Shown: piece by piece, positions 19,479 through 30,416 of the stretch | Layout of the letters: each line of letters begins with the position of its first letter | How positions within the stretch are numbered: the first letter of the stretch is position 1 | Origin: Nitrospirota bacterium | Lineage (GTDB): Bacteria > Nitrospirota > UBA9217 | NCBI GenBank assembly: GCA_963845065.1 | Contig: CAWJQQ010000002.1 | Location: forward strand, 416,001 to 480,000 | Length of the DNA stretch: 64,000 nucleotides | Reading direction: 5' to 3' | Made by a program: the position numbers and the translations under genes | The notes under the pieces: model-generated | Database searches by the model: none | What the model saw: the letters and a program-made list of their open reading frames with translations, nothing else | Told to the model about the DNA's origin: nothing

Positions 19479-21905
19479 TCACATTTCAAATTTCCTGAAA
19501 ATATAATATTTTGGGAAATCTATGAAGAGCGTAAAAAGCGCTGAGAAAATAAGCACTGCTAGAACCTGTTTGAATGCAAGAGACGGCACAAAAATGCCAT
19601 AAACGCCTAGGAGTGCAAATCCGCTGATAGTCGCTATGCTCAGGAGCAGCAAGTCCCGGCCCGGTAATGATGACCAAAAATGCCGCCTCTCCCGCACGAT
19701 CAACACCCTGAACTGGCTGTTGAATATCAGGTTCAGCATGACCAGTGTGCGCAGCTGTTCCCATTCAAGATTAAAATAGTTCCTGCCCATAAAAATTACT
19801 AGCAGTCCTTCGACAATCAGGAGCATGCCGGGAACCAGCGATGCCAGCGTAATATTTCTGACGTTCCATCTGTTCGGATTTGGTGTAGACGTCACCCTGT
19901 CGGTCGCCAGGGACATGGTCACAAAATCGTTCGCGAATACGAGCAGCGACATGCCAAGCAGAGAGAGCACGATATCGTGGAGCCAGAAGAAGCTTAGGGT
20001 GATCAACCCGACAAATTCAATGACCTTTGTGACTTTGTTGAGGACCCAGGTGAGCATCCGCTGGTAAGTTTGCCTGCTTATTGTCACCGCATCAATGATC
20101 ACGCTGATCCCCGGTTCCGTCAGGACTACGCTTGCGGACGCCTTTGCTACGTCGGTTGAGTTGCTCACCGCGATACCCATCTCCGCCTGCTTGAGCGCTG
20201 GCGCATCGTTCACTCCATCTCCCGTCATCCCCACCATATGGCCCTGGGACTGCAGGAGCTTCACTACTTTGTATTTGTCCTCAGGATAGATTTCGGCGAA
20301 CCCGCTGATTTCATCCACGATCCTGGCTTGTTCCATCTCGCTCAAACCTTGGATGTCCGCCATCCTGATGATATTAGTGCCAATCCCTACCTGATCTGCT
20401 ATTTCTTTCGCTATGGCCATATTGTCGCCGGTAAGCATAATTGGCTTGATTCCCAGTTTTTGGGACTGTTCTATCATACTTTTTGATTCCGGTCTCAGCG
20501 GGTCGGCCATCGACAGCAAACCGGTAAATTTAAAATCATCCGGACCGTAACCCTCCGACCGTGCGACCGCTATTATTCTGAATCCGCTCCGGGAGAATTC
20601 CTGTATAGTCTCGTTTGCCTTTTCTCTCACCTCTTGATCCATATCCCGGCACAGGGGCATGATAATTTGGGCTGCCCCTTTTACGGCTTTGAAGCGTCTG
20701 CCTTGAGCATCGATGACAGCCTCTGTCCTTTTGATGGAAGGGTCGAAGGGCTTAAACGTGAGTTGGCGATAAGGCTTGAGATCAATGCCCGTGTTTTTTG
20801 CATATTCAAGGACTGCGATGTCTATAAGGTCCATGCCATCCCGTTGGGATGCCAATGCGGCTGTGATAATGACATCTTCCTTTTGATACCCGGAAAACGG
20901 AATGGCATCACTCGTCGACAACCTGTTCTGCGTTATGGTCCCTGTTTTATCAAAGCAGAGAACATCAATGGAAGCTGCATCCTCGATCGAATCGAGCCTG
21001 GTCACAAGCACGCCCTTCCCAGCAAGTTCCATTGCTCCCACAGCCTGGACAATAGTGAGCACTGCAGGAAGTGCTACGGGGACTGCGCCCATGAGGAAGA
21101 TCACTGCCAGAGTCAGCACGGTGACGAGGTGTTCGTGTAAATTCAAGAGCAAGCCGTACGCCAACACCAGGATCAGCGCGCCTATTCCAAAGTACATCAT
21201 GTATTTGACAATCGCCATCATCACGGCTTCCTGATGGGACTTGGGCGTGGCTATCTTGACCAGTTCCGCTGTTTTCCCGAAGTACGTATTTGAACCGGTA
21301 TTAACTACGACGCACCTCGCCTCTCCTCTTCGAACGACGGCGCTCGAGTAAATAATGTCCGATTCACCTATCTCCACCGGGAGGGATTCTCCAGTCAAGG
21401 CCGATGCATCGACAGAAAGGTTCCCGTTTACAACTTTAGCGTCGGCCGGCACGATATCCCCGAGTGCGACGGCAATAATGTCTCCGGGCGCGAGCTCTTT
21501 TGCCGCTTGTATTCCCCATTTCCCGTCCCGCAATACTTTTGCCCTGATCGCCAGCTTTTTCTTGAGGAGCTCAACCGCTTTTTGTGAACCACGCGAGTGA
21601 AGGTGGCCTATGACCGCGTTTACCGTGAGCAGCACGAAGATAATGACTCCCTCAAGGGTGTGATGCAAGGCGAGCGAGAGTCCCATCGCCAGCTCCAGTA
21701 ACCATGGCATGGGGCCCCAGTAGCGCAGAAGGAATTCAAGGAAGGAGTTCTTCTTTTTTTCGGTTATTTCGTTATGTCCAAATATCGTGAGCCGCTTTAT
21801 CGCTTCGGCCTGTGTGAGGCCATCTTTGGTTGACTCTAAGTTTCGTAGCGACTCTTCCCAGGAGAGACCCTTATAGTCGGAGGTATTTCTCAATTTTAAA
21901 TCCAT
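19479..21905 (-). CDS. P-type ATPase, plasma-membrane proton-efflux (P3A) type
   Basis: LTGES, DKTGT, KGA, MLTGD, MTGDGVNDAPAL; WGPMPWLLE and ND motif in TM6 typical of P3A; ATG at 21905. Confidence 0.9.
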   Translation of the reverse strand: MDLKLRNTSDYKGLSWEESLRNLESTKDGLTQAEAIKRLTIFGHNEITEKKKNSFLEFLLRYWGPMPWLLELAMGLSLALHHTLEGVIIFVLLTVNAVIGHLHSRGSQKAVELLKKKLAIRAKVLRDGKWGIQAAKELAPGDIIAVALGDIVPADAKVVNGNLSVDASALTGESLPVEIGESDIIYSSAVVRRGEARCVVVNTGSNTYFGKTAELVKIATPKSHQEAVMMAIVKYMMYFGIGALILVLAYGLLLNLHEHLVTVLTLAVIFLMGAVPVALPAVLTIVQAVGAMELAGKGVLVTRLDSIEDAASIDVLCFDKTGTITQNRLSTSDAIPFSGYQKEDVIITAALASQRDGMDLIDIAVLEYAKNTGIDLKPYRQLTFKPFDPSIKRTEAVIDAQGRRFKAVKGAAQIIMPLCRDMDQEVREKANETIQEFSRSGFRIIAVARSEGYGPDDFKFTGLLSMADPLRPESKSMIEQSQKLGIKPIMLTGDNMAIAKEIADQVGIGTNIIRMADIQGLSEMEQARIVDEISGFAEIYPEDKYKVVKLLQSQGHMVGMTGDGVNDAPALKQAEMGIAVSNSTDVAKASASVVLTEPGISVIIDAVTISRQTYQRMLTWVLNKVTKVIEFVGLITLSFFWLHDIVLSLLGMSLLVFANDFVTMSLATDRVTSTPNPNRWNVRNITLASLVPGMLLIVEGLLVIFMGRNYFNLEWEQLRTLVMLNLIFNSQFRVLIVRERRHFWSSLPGRDLLLLSIATISGFALLGVYGIFVPSLAFKQVLAVLIFSALFTLFIDFPKYYIFRKFEM

Positions 21906-21921
21906 TCCTACATTCTTCCTA

Positions 21922-22767
21922 TCAGGAGTCTTTTTTTGCGACCAGAACAGCGCAGCCTGCCAGCTCAACCACTTTTTCCGTCGTACTCCCCATCAGAAGT
22001 CTCTTGAGCCCCGTATTTCCGTACGCTCCCATGACGATCAGATCGACACCTTTGTCTTTTGCGGTTTCGACTATAACTTCATGAGGCTTTCCGACAAGGG
22101 ACATCGTCTCTGTGTGAATACCGGCCTGCTGTGCCGCATGCGCGATATCGCCGGCATCCGCCCGCGCTTTTTCCTTCTGGTCTTCCGAGGGAACCACGGA
22201 AACAACAATCAAGCGGCTTCCACAGCGTTTTGCGATTTCAATCGCTTCTGTACCCGCTGTGCGAGCGTGCTCCGATCCGTCCGTTGCGACCAAAATATTC
22301 TTGAACCCGATTCCTGCTGCCTGGGAAACAACCAGGACTTTGCACGGCGCGTGCCCGATAATTTTCGCGGCTGCTCTGCCGAGGAGGACCCTCTCCAGTC
22401 CGCTACGGCCCTGTCTGCCGACTGCTATCATATCAATTTCTTTTTGCGCCGCCTCTTCAACGATAAGCCGGGAGGCGCTGTCCCCACGGCGCAAGATCGT
22501 CTCGCAGGACGGTATCGTTTCTAACGCCCTCACCTTGATTGATGCAAGGTATCGAGCGGCCTCCTGCGTTTCTTTCTGTAAAAGATCCGCGCCGGCGGTC
22601 TCATATTCCGGATTTTTTTCCACAACTGTCATGATAAATAATTTGCTCGAACAGTTTTTTGCAAAAGCTATCGCCGCGGTTATCGCACCTTCACTGAACA
22701 GCGAACGGTCTGTTGCTACGAGTAATCTTTCAAGTTTCAATACGGGACAGTACTGACCGTGGTTCAT
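21922..22767 (-). CDS. Tandem-domain universal stress protein
   Basis: Two USP domains (LLVATDRS / ILVATDGS; DLIVMGAYG..GSTTEKVV..CAVLV). Confidence 0.92.
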   Translation of the reverse strand: MNHGQYCPVLKLERLLVATDRSLFSEGAITAAIAFAKNCSSKLFIMTVVEKNPEYETAGADLLQKETQEAARYLASIKVRALETIPSCETILRRGDSASRLIVEEAAQKEIDMIAVGRQGRSGLERVLLGRAAAKIIGHAPCKVLVVSQAAGIGFKNILVATDGSEHARTAGTEAIEIAKRCGSRLIVVSVVPSEDQKEKARADAGDIAHAAQQAGIHTETMSLVGKPHEVIVETAKDKGVDLIVMGAYGNTGLKRLLMGSTTEKVVELAGCAVLVAKKDS

Positions 22768-24102
22768 GGTTTAACCCTCCTTGGATTGTAATTCTTTTGG
22801 TTTATTAGATTCCCTGTAAACCCTCGTCTCAATACCTCGCTTTGCATCGCCTTAGTCTTCTGCCGAGTTCAATATGTCCCAGAGGAAAAGAGGAAAATGA
22901 GTAACAAGAGTTTGATTTAATTTTACCTCATTCTGTGGCCAGTAATGGTTCGCTGCAAACAATATGCAACAGAGAGCACAATTTTCATAGTAATGTCATG
23001 TGTTGGTTTTGGATATAGGAGATACTGTCTTTCGGTATAACTCCCCGAGCGGGGCTTGGGGGCCTCTATATAGTTATATGCGACAACCCTGCATGAGATC
23101 TTACGGCAGCCGCTTTATCTATCACCGGATAGCGACCTGTTTTTTTATACTGCTCAATTAAGTTGTCCCTTGCCTTCCTTTCTGATGTTGCAGCTACATG
23201 GGACAATATTCATTCTTGACGTTAGTGCTTATTTTCACGTATTGACATAACGGCAGTGTGCGTGTAAAAGAGATTCTGCTGTTTATCATAATTTATATTG
23301 GAGTTCCGATTTGAAACGTATGAAGCTCTGATTGTTGGTTATTGTTCTGCTCCTGTTTAAGCTGAACTCTCTACAAGGTTCAGCGGCGGAACACGACCCT
23401 TACCAAGAACATAATACCGCTCTTCTCATTGATGCCCCCAGCCACACAATGTGGATGTGTCAAATGAGTGATGCGATCGCCGGATTCCCAATAGCCAACT
23501 GCCATGTGGTGTAAAAAAGCGGCACAAAAGGGACAAAAAAACTTCCGTGGGTGTGTTCGGTCTTCGCATTACGAGACACCTCTGCAAGATCCGATTTTTT
23601 GCCGGGCTCATGGGTCTGGCGTAAGCGGTGAATGAGAGGATGCTTACGGCCCTTGCAGCTGGACAAAAAACATACTAGCTACCGATTCTCTCTTGATTAT
23701 GCCCGGTGGTGTTTTCACAGCGTCTACAATCCTTTTGGTCACAACGCCGCAGCAGGCCGTTGTGAATCACTACAACAGGCTCGGTGCGGAGGCAATGATC
23801 TTATCCTCTGGTTTGCACTGTTGACTGTAGGAATTACATTTTTGAGATCTATCTGAATATTATAGACTATCAAAAAGAGGTTGCAACCCGTTATCCTGTG
23901 CGATGTGAAGGATCTCAAACTTTTGGAAGGTAGAAATTTTTCTCTGCGCGTGAATGATGAAGTCTTATATGTAACTCAGCTTGATCGAAAGGGGATAACA
24001 AAGGTAGAAATATAATTGATAAGTTTGAAGAGACAGGGCTACGACAATTCTAGGAATCGAAGGAAAAGAGTCAGGTGAAAAAACGTAACTCCTTGGATTA
24101 AT

Positions 24103-24180
24103 TGGCGTCCCCAAGGGGATTCGAACCCCTGTTATCGCCGTGAAAGGGCGGTGTCCTGGGCCGGGCTAGACGATGGGGAC
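24103..24180 (-). tRNA. tRNA-Glu (TTC)
   Basis: GTCCCCATCGTCTAGCCCGGCCCAGGACACCGCCCTTTCACGGCGATAACAGGGGTTCGAATCCCCTTGGGGACGCCA; cloverleaf, CCA end. Confidence 0.97.
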
Positions 24181-24270
24181 GGATATTACCTATTCTTTCA
24201 AAGTTCAAGATGAGAGCGATGAGACACCAAATCATGGCTAAAAGCTCTTAACTCAAAACTGTATTTATAC

Positions 24271-24346
24271 TGGTGAGCCGGCTGGGATTTGAACCCAGGA
24301 CACCCGCCTTAAAAGGGCGGTGCTCTACCAACTGAGCTACCGGCCC
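24271..24346 (-). tRNA. tRNA-Lys (TTT)
   Basis: GGGCCGGTAGCTCAGTTGGTAGAGCACCGCCCTTTTAAGGCGGGTGTCCTGGGTTCAAATCCCAGCCGGCTCACCA. Confidence 0.97.
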
Positions 24347-24414
24347 GCTCACGCGGTCTTCGCTAAAGCTGCATATATTAACAAAGAACTGCTATCTTTG
24401 TCAATAGAAAATAC

Positions 24415-25743
<1,329 letters not shown>

Positions 25744-25782
25744 TCAGCAAATTTGCTCTCAGCATTCGGTACATGGAATTTG

Positions 25783-27360
25783 CTATATTTTAACCTGTTT
25801 CACCGATAGAACGTTCGGAAGTTTCTTTATCTTTTCCATGAGGTCATCGGACACGGTGCTGTCGATGCTTACCACCGACATCGCGAGGCCACCTTGTTTC
25901 TCCCGGCCAAACTGCATTCTTGCTATATTGACCCCGTTCTGGCCCAAAAGGGTGCCGATGCCGCCGATGACGCCTGGCTTGTCGTTGTTCATAAGCACAA
26001 GCATATCGCCCTCGGGTACAGTCTCCATCGGAAAATTGTCGACCTGGATGATGCGGGGCTCTTTCTTGCTGTTCAGTGTTCCCGACGCGGAAACGTCCTT
26101 GCCGCCTGCCTTAATTCTGAGCATAATGAGGCTCGTGTACTCCGTCGCTTCGCTCGATTTGGACACCTTTACATCGATGCCGCGGTCCTTGGCGATGAGC
26201 GGGGCGTTTACGTAGTTCACATTTTCCTGGAGCGTCAACGTAAGTAGCCCTTTGAGCGCTGCTAGCGTTATCGGTTCCTGCTTAAGGTTCGCTACCTCGC
26301 CGCTGTACTCCACCGTCACCTGGGTGAGCCCCCCTTCGAAAAGCTGAGCGATGAACAAACCCATACGCTCCGCAAGGTTTATGTAGGGCGAGAGTGTTGG
26401 GAGCTGGTCTGCGGGTACCGAGGGCACATTCACGGCATTTCTCACAGTTCCGGCGATAAGATAATCTACGATCTGTTCGGCCACTGCCACAGCCACATTC
26501 TCCTGCGCCTCCAGTGTAGACGCGCCCAAGTGGGGTGTTGCAATAAAATTATCTAGTGTGAGGAGCGGATGGTTCTCTGGCGGCTCCTTCTCAAAAACGT
26601 CGAAGGCAGCTGCCGCAACCTTACCGCGCTTCAGGGCCTCGTAAAGGTCCTGTTCATTCACAATGCCGCCACGGGCGCAGTTAATGATGCGCACGTTGTC
26701 CTTCATCTGGGAGATTGTGACATTGTTGATGAGGTTTGCCGTCTCCTTGGTCTTGGGTGTGTGGACCGTGATGAAATCAGCCCGTTTGTAGATCGTTGGG
26801 AGGTCTACAAGCTCAATCCCGAGGCTCTTCGCCTTTTCCGTGGAGATGAAGGGGTCGTAGGCCAGGACCTTCATGCCGAGGCCGATGGCCCGGCTCGCAA
26901 CGACAGCGCCTATAGCGCCGAGACCGATAACACCCAAGGTCTTGGCATAGAGTTCAACGCCCTCAAATTTCTTCTTTTCCCACTTACCGGCCTTGAGCGA
27001 TGCATAAGCCTGTGGGATCATGCGGGCGCAGGCGAAGATCATGCCGATAGTGTGTTCTGCTGTGGTGACCGTGTTCCCACCGGGCGTATTCATGACAACA
27101 ACGCCCTTTTTGGTTGCAGCCGGGATGTCCACATTGTCTAAGCCGCTGCCTGCACGGCCGACAATCTTGAGCTTCACTGCTTTATCGAGAAGTCCGGCCG
27201 TAACTTTTGTCGCCGAGCGGATAATCAAGGCGTCATAATCGCCGATAATCTTCTCGATCTCTTCAACCGATGTTTTGCTCCGGGCATCCACTTCAAGCCC
27301 GGCCTTTTTCAGTATCTCCACCCCTATTGGGGAGAGATTATCGCTGATGAGAATCTTCAT
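25783..27360 (-). CDS. serA: D-3-phosphoglycerate dehydrogenase with ASB/ACT domains
   Basis: MKILISD start after AGGAGG; GRAGSGLDNVD, GLGAIG, NCARGG, TPHLGAST, C-terminal ACT DKPGVIG. Confidence 0.95.
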   Translation of the reverse strand: MKILISDNLSPIGVEILKKAGLEVDARSKTSVEEIEKIIGDYDALIIRSATKVTAGLLDKAVKLKIVGRAGSGLDNVDIPAATKKGVVVMNTPGGNTVTTAEHTIGMIFACARMIPQAYASLKAGKWEKKKFEGVELYAKTLGVIGLGAIGAVVASRAIGLGMKVLAYDPFISTEKAKSLGIELVDLPTIYKRADFITVHTPKTKETANLINNVTISQMKDNVRIINCARGGIVNEQDLYEALKRGKVAAAAFDVFEKEPPENHPLLTLDNFIATPHLGASTLEAQENVAVAVAEQIVDYLIAGTVRNAVNVPSVPADQLPTLSPYINLAERMGLFIAQLFEGGLTQVTVEYSGEVANLKQEPITLAALKGLLTLTLQENVNYVNAPLIAKDRGIDVKVSKSSEATEYTSLIMLRIKAGGKDVSASGTLNSKKEPRIIQVDNFPMETVPEGDMLVLMNNDKPGVIGGIGTLLGQNGVNIARMQFGREKQGGLAMSVVSIDSTVSDDLMEKIKKLPNVLSVKQVKI

Positions 27361-27551
27361 GAATCCTCCTGAATTCAATCTAACCACGAATAAATACGGT
27401 AATACGTTGATTTTGATCCGTAGGGACACAGCGTACTGGAAAAAAAGAACGTAAACCTGAATTTCAAAAAAAATTTCTTAATTCATTGTTGCCGATCTTT
27501 CTCGTGTCTAAAATTTTTCCAGTTTAACCATATTGATCCGCAGTTAAAAAA

Positions 27552-28688
27552 TTATTTCATCAATATTTCCTGAGCCGCTCCAACACCTGTGCCGAGTTTG
27601 ACCGGATGACCCAAACCCTTTAGTACCATCTCGATGCCGGCGATGGCCGTGATCACGTCGAAGGTGTCAGCATAGCCCAAGTGCGCGATACGGAAGATCT
27701 TACCTTTGAGTTTGTCCTGACCTCCCGCGCCGGTAATACCGTACTTCACGCGCAAATCTTTGTAGATCGCCTGGCCATCAACGCCTGCCGGTGCCTCGAT
27801 TGCCGTCAGCGCATTGCTCGGGTTTTCCTTGGGGAACAGTTTGAGACCCAAGGCCGTTGCTCCCGCTCGCGTCGCTTTTGCTAGCCGTTCGTGGCGCGCA
27901 AGTACGTTTTCAAACCCTTCGTCCTGTAACATTTTTATGCAGGTGTTAAGCCCGATGATGAGCGTTACCGGCGACGTAAAAAGTGTCTGGTTCTTTGCAA
28001 GATTCTCCCGTTCCTTCTTGAAGTTGAAATAGAACTTAGGCGTCTTGGCCACATCAGCCATCTTCCAGGCCTTGTCGCTCACGGAAACGAAAGAGAGTCC
28101 CGGCGGGAGCATTACGCCCTTCTGGGAACCGCCGACCATGACGTCAATACCCCACTCATCGGTCTTGAGATCATGGGCTACGAGAGCCGAGATGGCGTCA
28201 ACGACGAACAAAGCATCGGTCTTTTTTACGATCGAGGCTACGGACTTAATGTCGTGGTATACGCCGGTTGATGTTTCGTTGGCTTGAATGAACACTGCTT
28301 TGATCTTGGAGTTCTTCTTAAGGCTTGCCTCGATCTGCTCTGGCTTAACCGCGTAGCCCCATTCCACAACAATTTCTTCTACCTTCATGCCGTAGGACTG
28401 GCAGATTTTGGTCCAGCGTTCGCCGAATTTACCACCGTTCACGACAAGTACATCGTCACCGGGGTTCAGAAAATTGTTCACCGAACCAACCATGCCCCCG
28501 GTGCCAGTGGAGCATAGAATGAGTACGTCATTCTTGGTCTGATAGAGCCATTGCAGGCCTTTTTTGGCTGAATCGAGAACTGGGAGAAAATCCGGAGCAC
28601 GATGGTGCATAATAGGCATGGCCATGGCCAGAAGCGCCTCTGCCGGTACTGGGGTCGGGCCAGGGGCCAAGAGATATTTTTTTTGCAT
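27552..28688 (-). CDS. Class V PLP aminotransferase (alanine-glyoxylate/serine-pyruvate family), likely supplying phosphoserine aminotransferase activity
   Basis: LAPGPTPVP, NETSTG, VDAIS, GSQKG (PLP Lys), FRIAHLG; directly upstream of serA. Confidence 0.88.
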   Translation of the reverse strand: MQKKYLLAPGPTPVPAEALLAMAMPIMHHRAPDFLPVLDSAKKGLQWLYQTKNDVLILCSTGTGGMVGSVNNFLNPGDDVLVVNGGKFGERWTKICQSYGMKVEEIVVEWGYAVKPEQIEASLKKNSKIKAVFIQANETSTGVYHDIKSVASIVKKTDALFVVDAISALVAHDLKTDEWGIDVMVGGSQKGVMLPPGLSFVSVSDKAWKMADVAKTPKFYFNFKKERENLAKNQTLFTSPVTLIIGLNTCIKMLQDEGFENVLARHERLAKATRAGATALGLKLFPKENPSNALTAIEAPAGVDGQAIYKDLRVKYGITGAGGQDKLKGKIFRIAHLGYADTFDVITAIAGIEMVLKGLGHPVKLGTGVGAAQEILMK

Positions 28689-28992
28689 GAGTGTATCCTC
28701 CAAAGTAGTGTAAACAATATCAATCGTCAGATTTTTGTTAGGAACAATCGCGAAAACGGAGCTGAATTATGCTCTGAAGTAAATTAATGTCCCGTCGGGA
28801 TGGGACCTATGCCCGGGTTGGCATGTCGATGGGATAGAGTGGATGTCTGTGCTGTATCAAGGTAATACTGCCTCTCTTTGGATAATCCAGATTATTCACA
28901 ATGACACTAACATAAGCCGGTGAAAATTGTCAAGAAAATAGTTAAGCCTGCAACTGTAGAGTGTCGCAGGCTATCGGGGGTGTTTCCCAACC

Positions 28993-29388
28993 CTATTTTT
29001 GCACGATATCCATAATCAAACTCAAGGACAGCACCGGGTTCATTCGGTCGCTAGAATAAACGCTGACATACTTAACCACATGCCCGCTCTTGTCAGTCGT
29101 ATCCACATCCGCTTTTATCTGTCCTACGGCCCCAGGGTCAAGGTGATTCGAACTAATCACCGCAGCAGTGCAGCCTCAGGATGGCATGATTCGCTCAATA
29201 TCCAGAGGCTCATTCCCGCCATTTCTGATTTCAAATATGTGGCTTACTTTGGTTCCCTCGACGACTTTGCCGAAATCATATTGTACTTCCTTGGCTATTA
29301 TCTTTGGCCCTTTTGATTCCTGCGCCATGAGCGACCCGGCAGCCAAGAGGGCAACCAGCACCATGCTGATCCAAAAGATTTTCTTCAT
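28993..29388 (-). CDS. Secreted DUF1573-type Ig-like protein, predicted selenoprotein (UGA at codon 71, motif PS-U-GCT)
   Basis: Signal peptide; YDFGKV..SHIFEIRNGGNEPLDIERIMPS-TGA(29176-29178)-GCTAAVISSNHLDPGAVGQIKADVDTTDKSGHVVKYVSVYSSDRMNPVLSLSLIMDIVQK-TAG; domain continues in frame past the TGA; SECIS-like hairpin. Confidence 0.85.
29142..29161 (-). promoter_or_regulatory. Candidate bacterial SECIS element for the DUF1573 UGA
   Basis: GGTGATT-AGTTCG-AATCACC, a 7-bp perfect stem starting 14 nt after the UGA, with G at loop position 2. Confidence 0.65.
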
Positions 29389-29455
29389 CACAATGTCCTT
29401 TCTGCAATAGGCCTTTACGCCTTTTTTCAGCATGTCGGATTCCGCGCCCCCATTT

Positions 29456-30163
29456 TCAGAGCCCCATTTTTTTCTGGTAAATCATGTTGATCAGTTCGTC
29501 TCGGCTAATCAATCCCTTCTCAATTAGAAGCGTGATGAGCGCCTCAAATCGCATTCTCGTGTCCTGAAGTGACTGCTGCGTCGATTCTTCCTTGGATAGG
29601 ATTGGCGATTTCACATCGTTCTCAGCATTCTTATTCATGCTGAGTTCGCTTCCGTGAATGATTTCCATCTTTCCGCCCAAAGTGTTCTTTTGATTATATA
29701 AAGACCCACCTCTCTGTTTTCGTACGATCTCTTCACCATCATAGTACTTTTTGATGGCATCATTGATCTCGGACTCAAGGGCTAGCGACGGTTTAATGTT
29801 CAATCCCGTGATAAATCGGACCTCGTCGATCGCCTCTATGTCAAGGGGGTCCGACATGGCGAGCATGAGGATACCCTTGTCCCGCCTCGCGGGGATAATG
29901 TGATATTTCTTCGCGATCTCGGGCTTAATAAGCCTGATCAAGTTCTCGGGTATTTCAGGGTTAAACAGGTTGATATACGGCGTATGTAATTTTTCTGCGA
30001 TAACTCTAGCGAGGTCTGCCTCACTTATGAATTCCAGTTCAATAATAATAGAACCGAGTTTTCCTCCCCAGTTCCGCTGGTACGATAATGCGGTCTCGAG
30101 CTGAAATTCATCGATAAGACCAGCCTCTTTGAGCATGTCGCCGAGTTTTTTTGCCTCGGCCAT
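29456..30163 (-). CDS. Stand-alone GspE/PilB N-terminal (MshEN, T2SSE_N) domain protein
   Basis: KLGDMLKEAGLIDEFQLETALSYQ..KLGSII; LAMSDPLD; no ATPase domain. Confidence 0.85.
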   Translation of the reverse strand: MAEAKKLGDMLKEAGLIDEFQLETALSYQRNWGGKLGSIIIELEFISEADLARVIAEKLHTPYINLFNPEIPENLIRLIKPEIAKKYHIIPARRDKGILMLAMSDPLDIEAIDEVRFITGLNIKPSLALESEINDAIKKYYDGEEIVRKQRGGSLYNQKNTLGGKMEIIHGSELSMNKNAENDVKSPILSKEESTQQSLQDTRMRFEALITLLIEKGLISRDELINMIYQKKMGL

Positions 30164-30416
30164 CGGATAGCCTCCCTTATATGAAAAATGTGACTAGAAC
30201 TGATTCAAATTATATGCCGCTAATACGGGAAATGCAACGGTTTTTGACAAATAATTAAAGTTTTATATGCACGATCAAACACATAAAAGGTAAAACGCAA
30301 GAAAATCCGGAATAAAGACAATCACTACTATTTCTCAACGTGACTCCCGTCAGCTAATTTTCTTCACTGTCGCTGCATCCATCCGGGAATACGAAGGATT
30401 ATGTCTGTTCTTCGGA

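Noticed and set aside
23033..23081. attC-like GTATAAC...GTTATAT inverted ends
   Set aside because: Only about 47 bp, single copy, no clear L boxes, no cassette array or IntI; the nearby recombinase belongs to the IS91 element
28700..28910. Long 5' leader of the aminotransferase-serA operon as a riboswitch or attenuator
   Set aside because: Small hairpins only; no glycine, ZTP or T-box motif recognised and the short uORF is not Ser-rich
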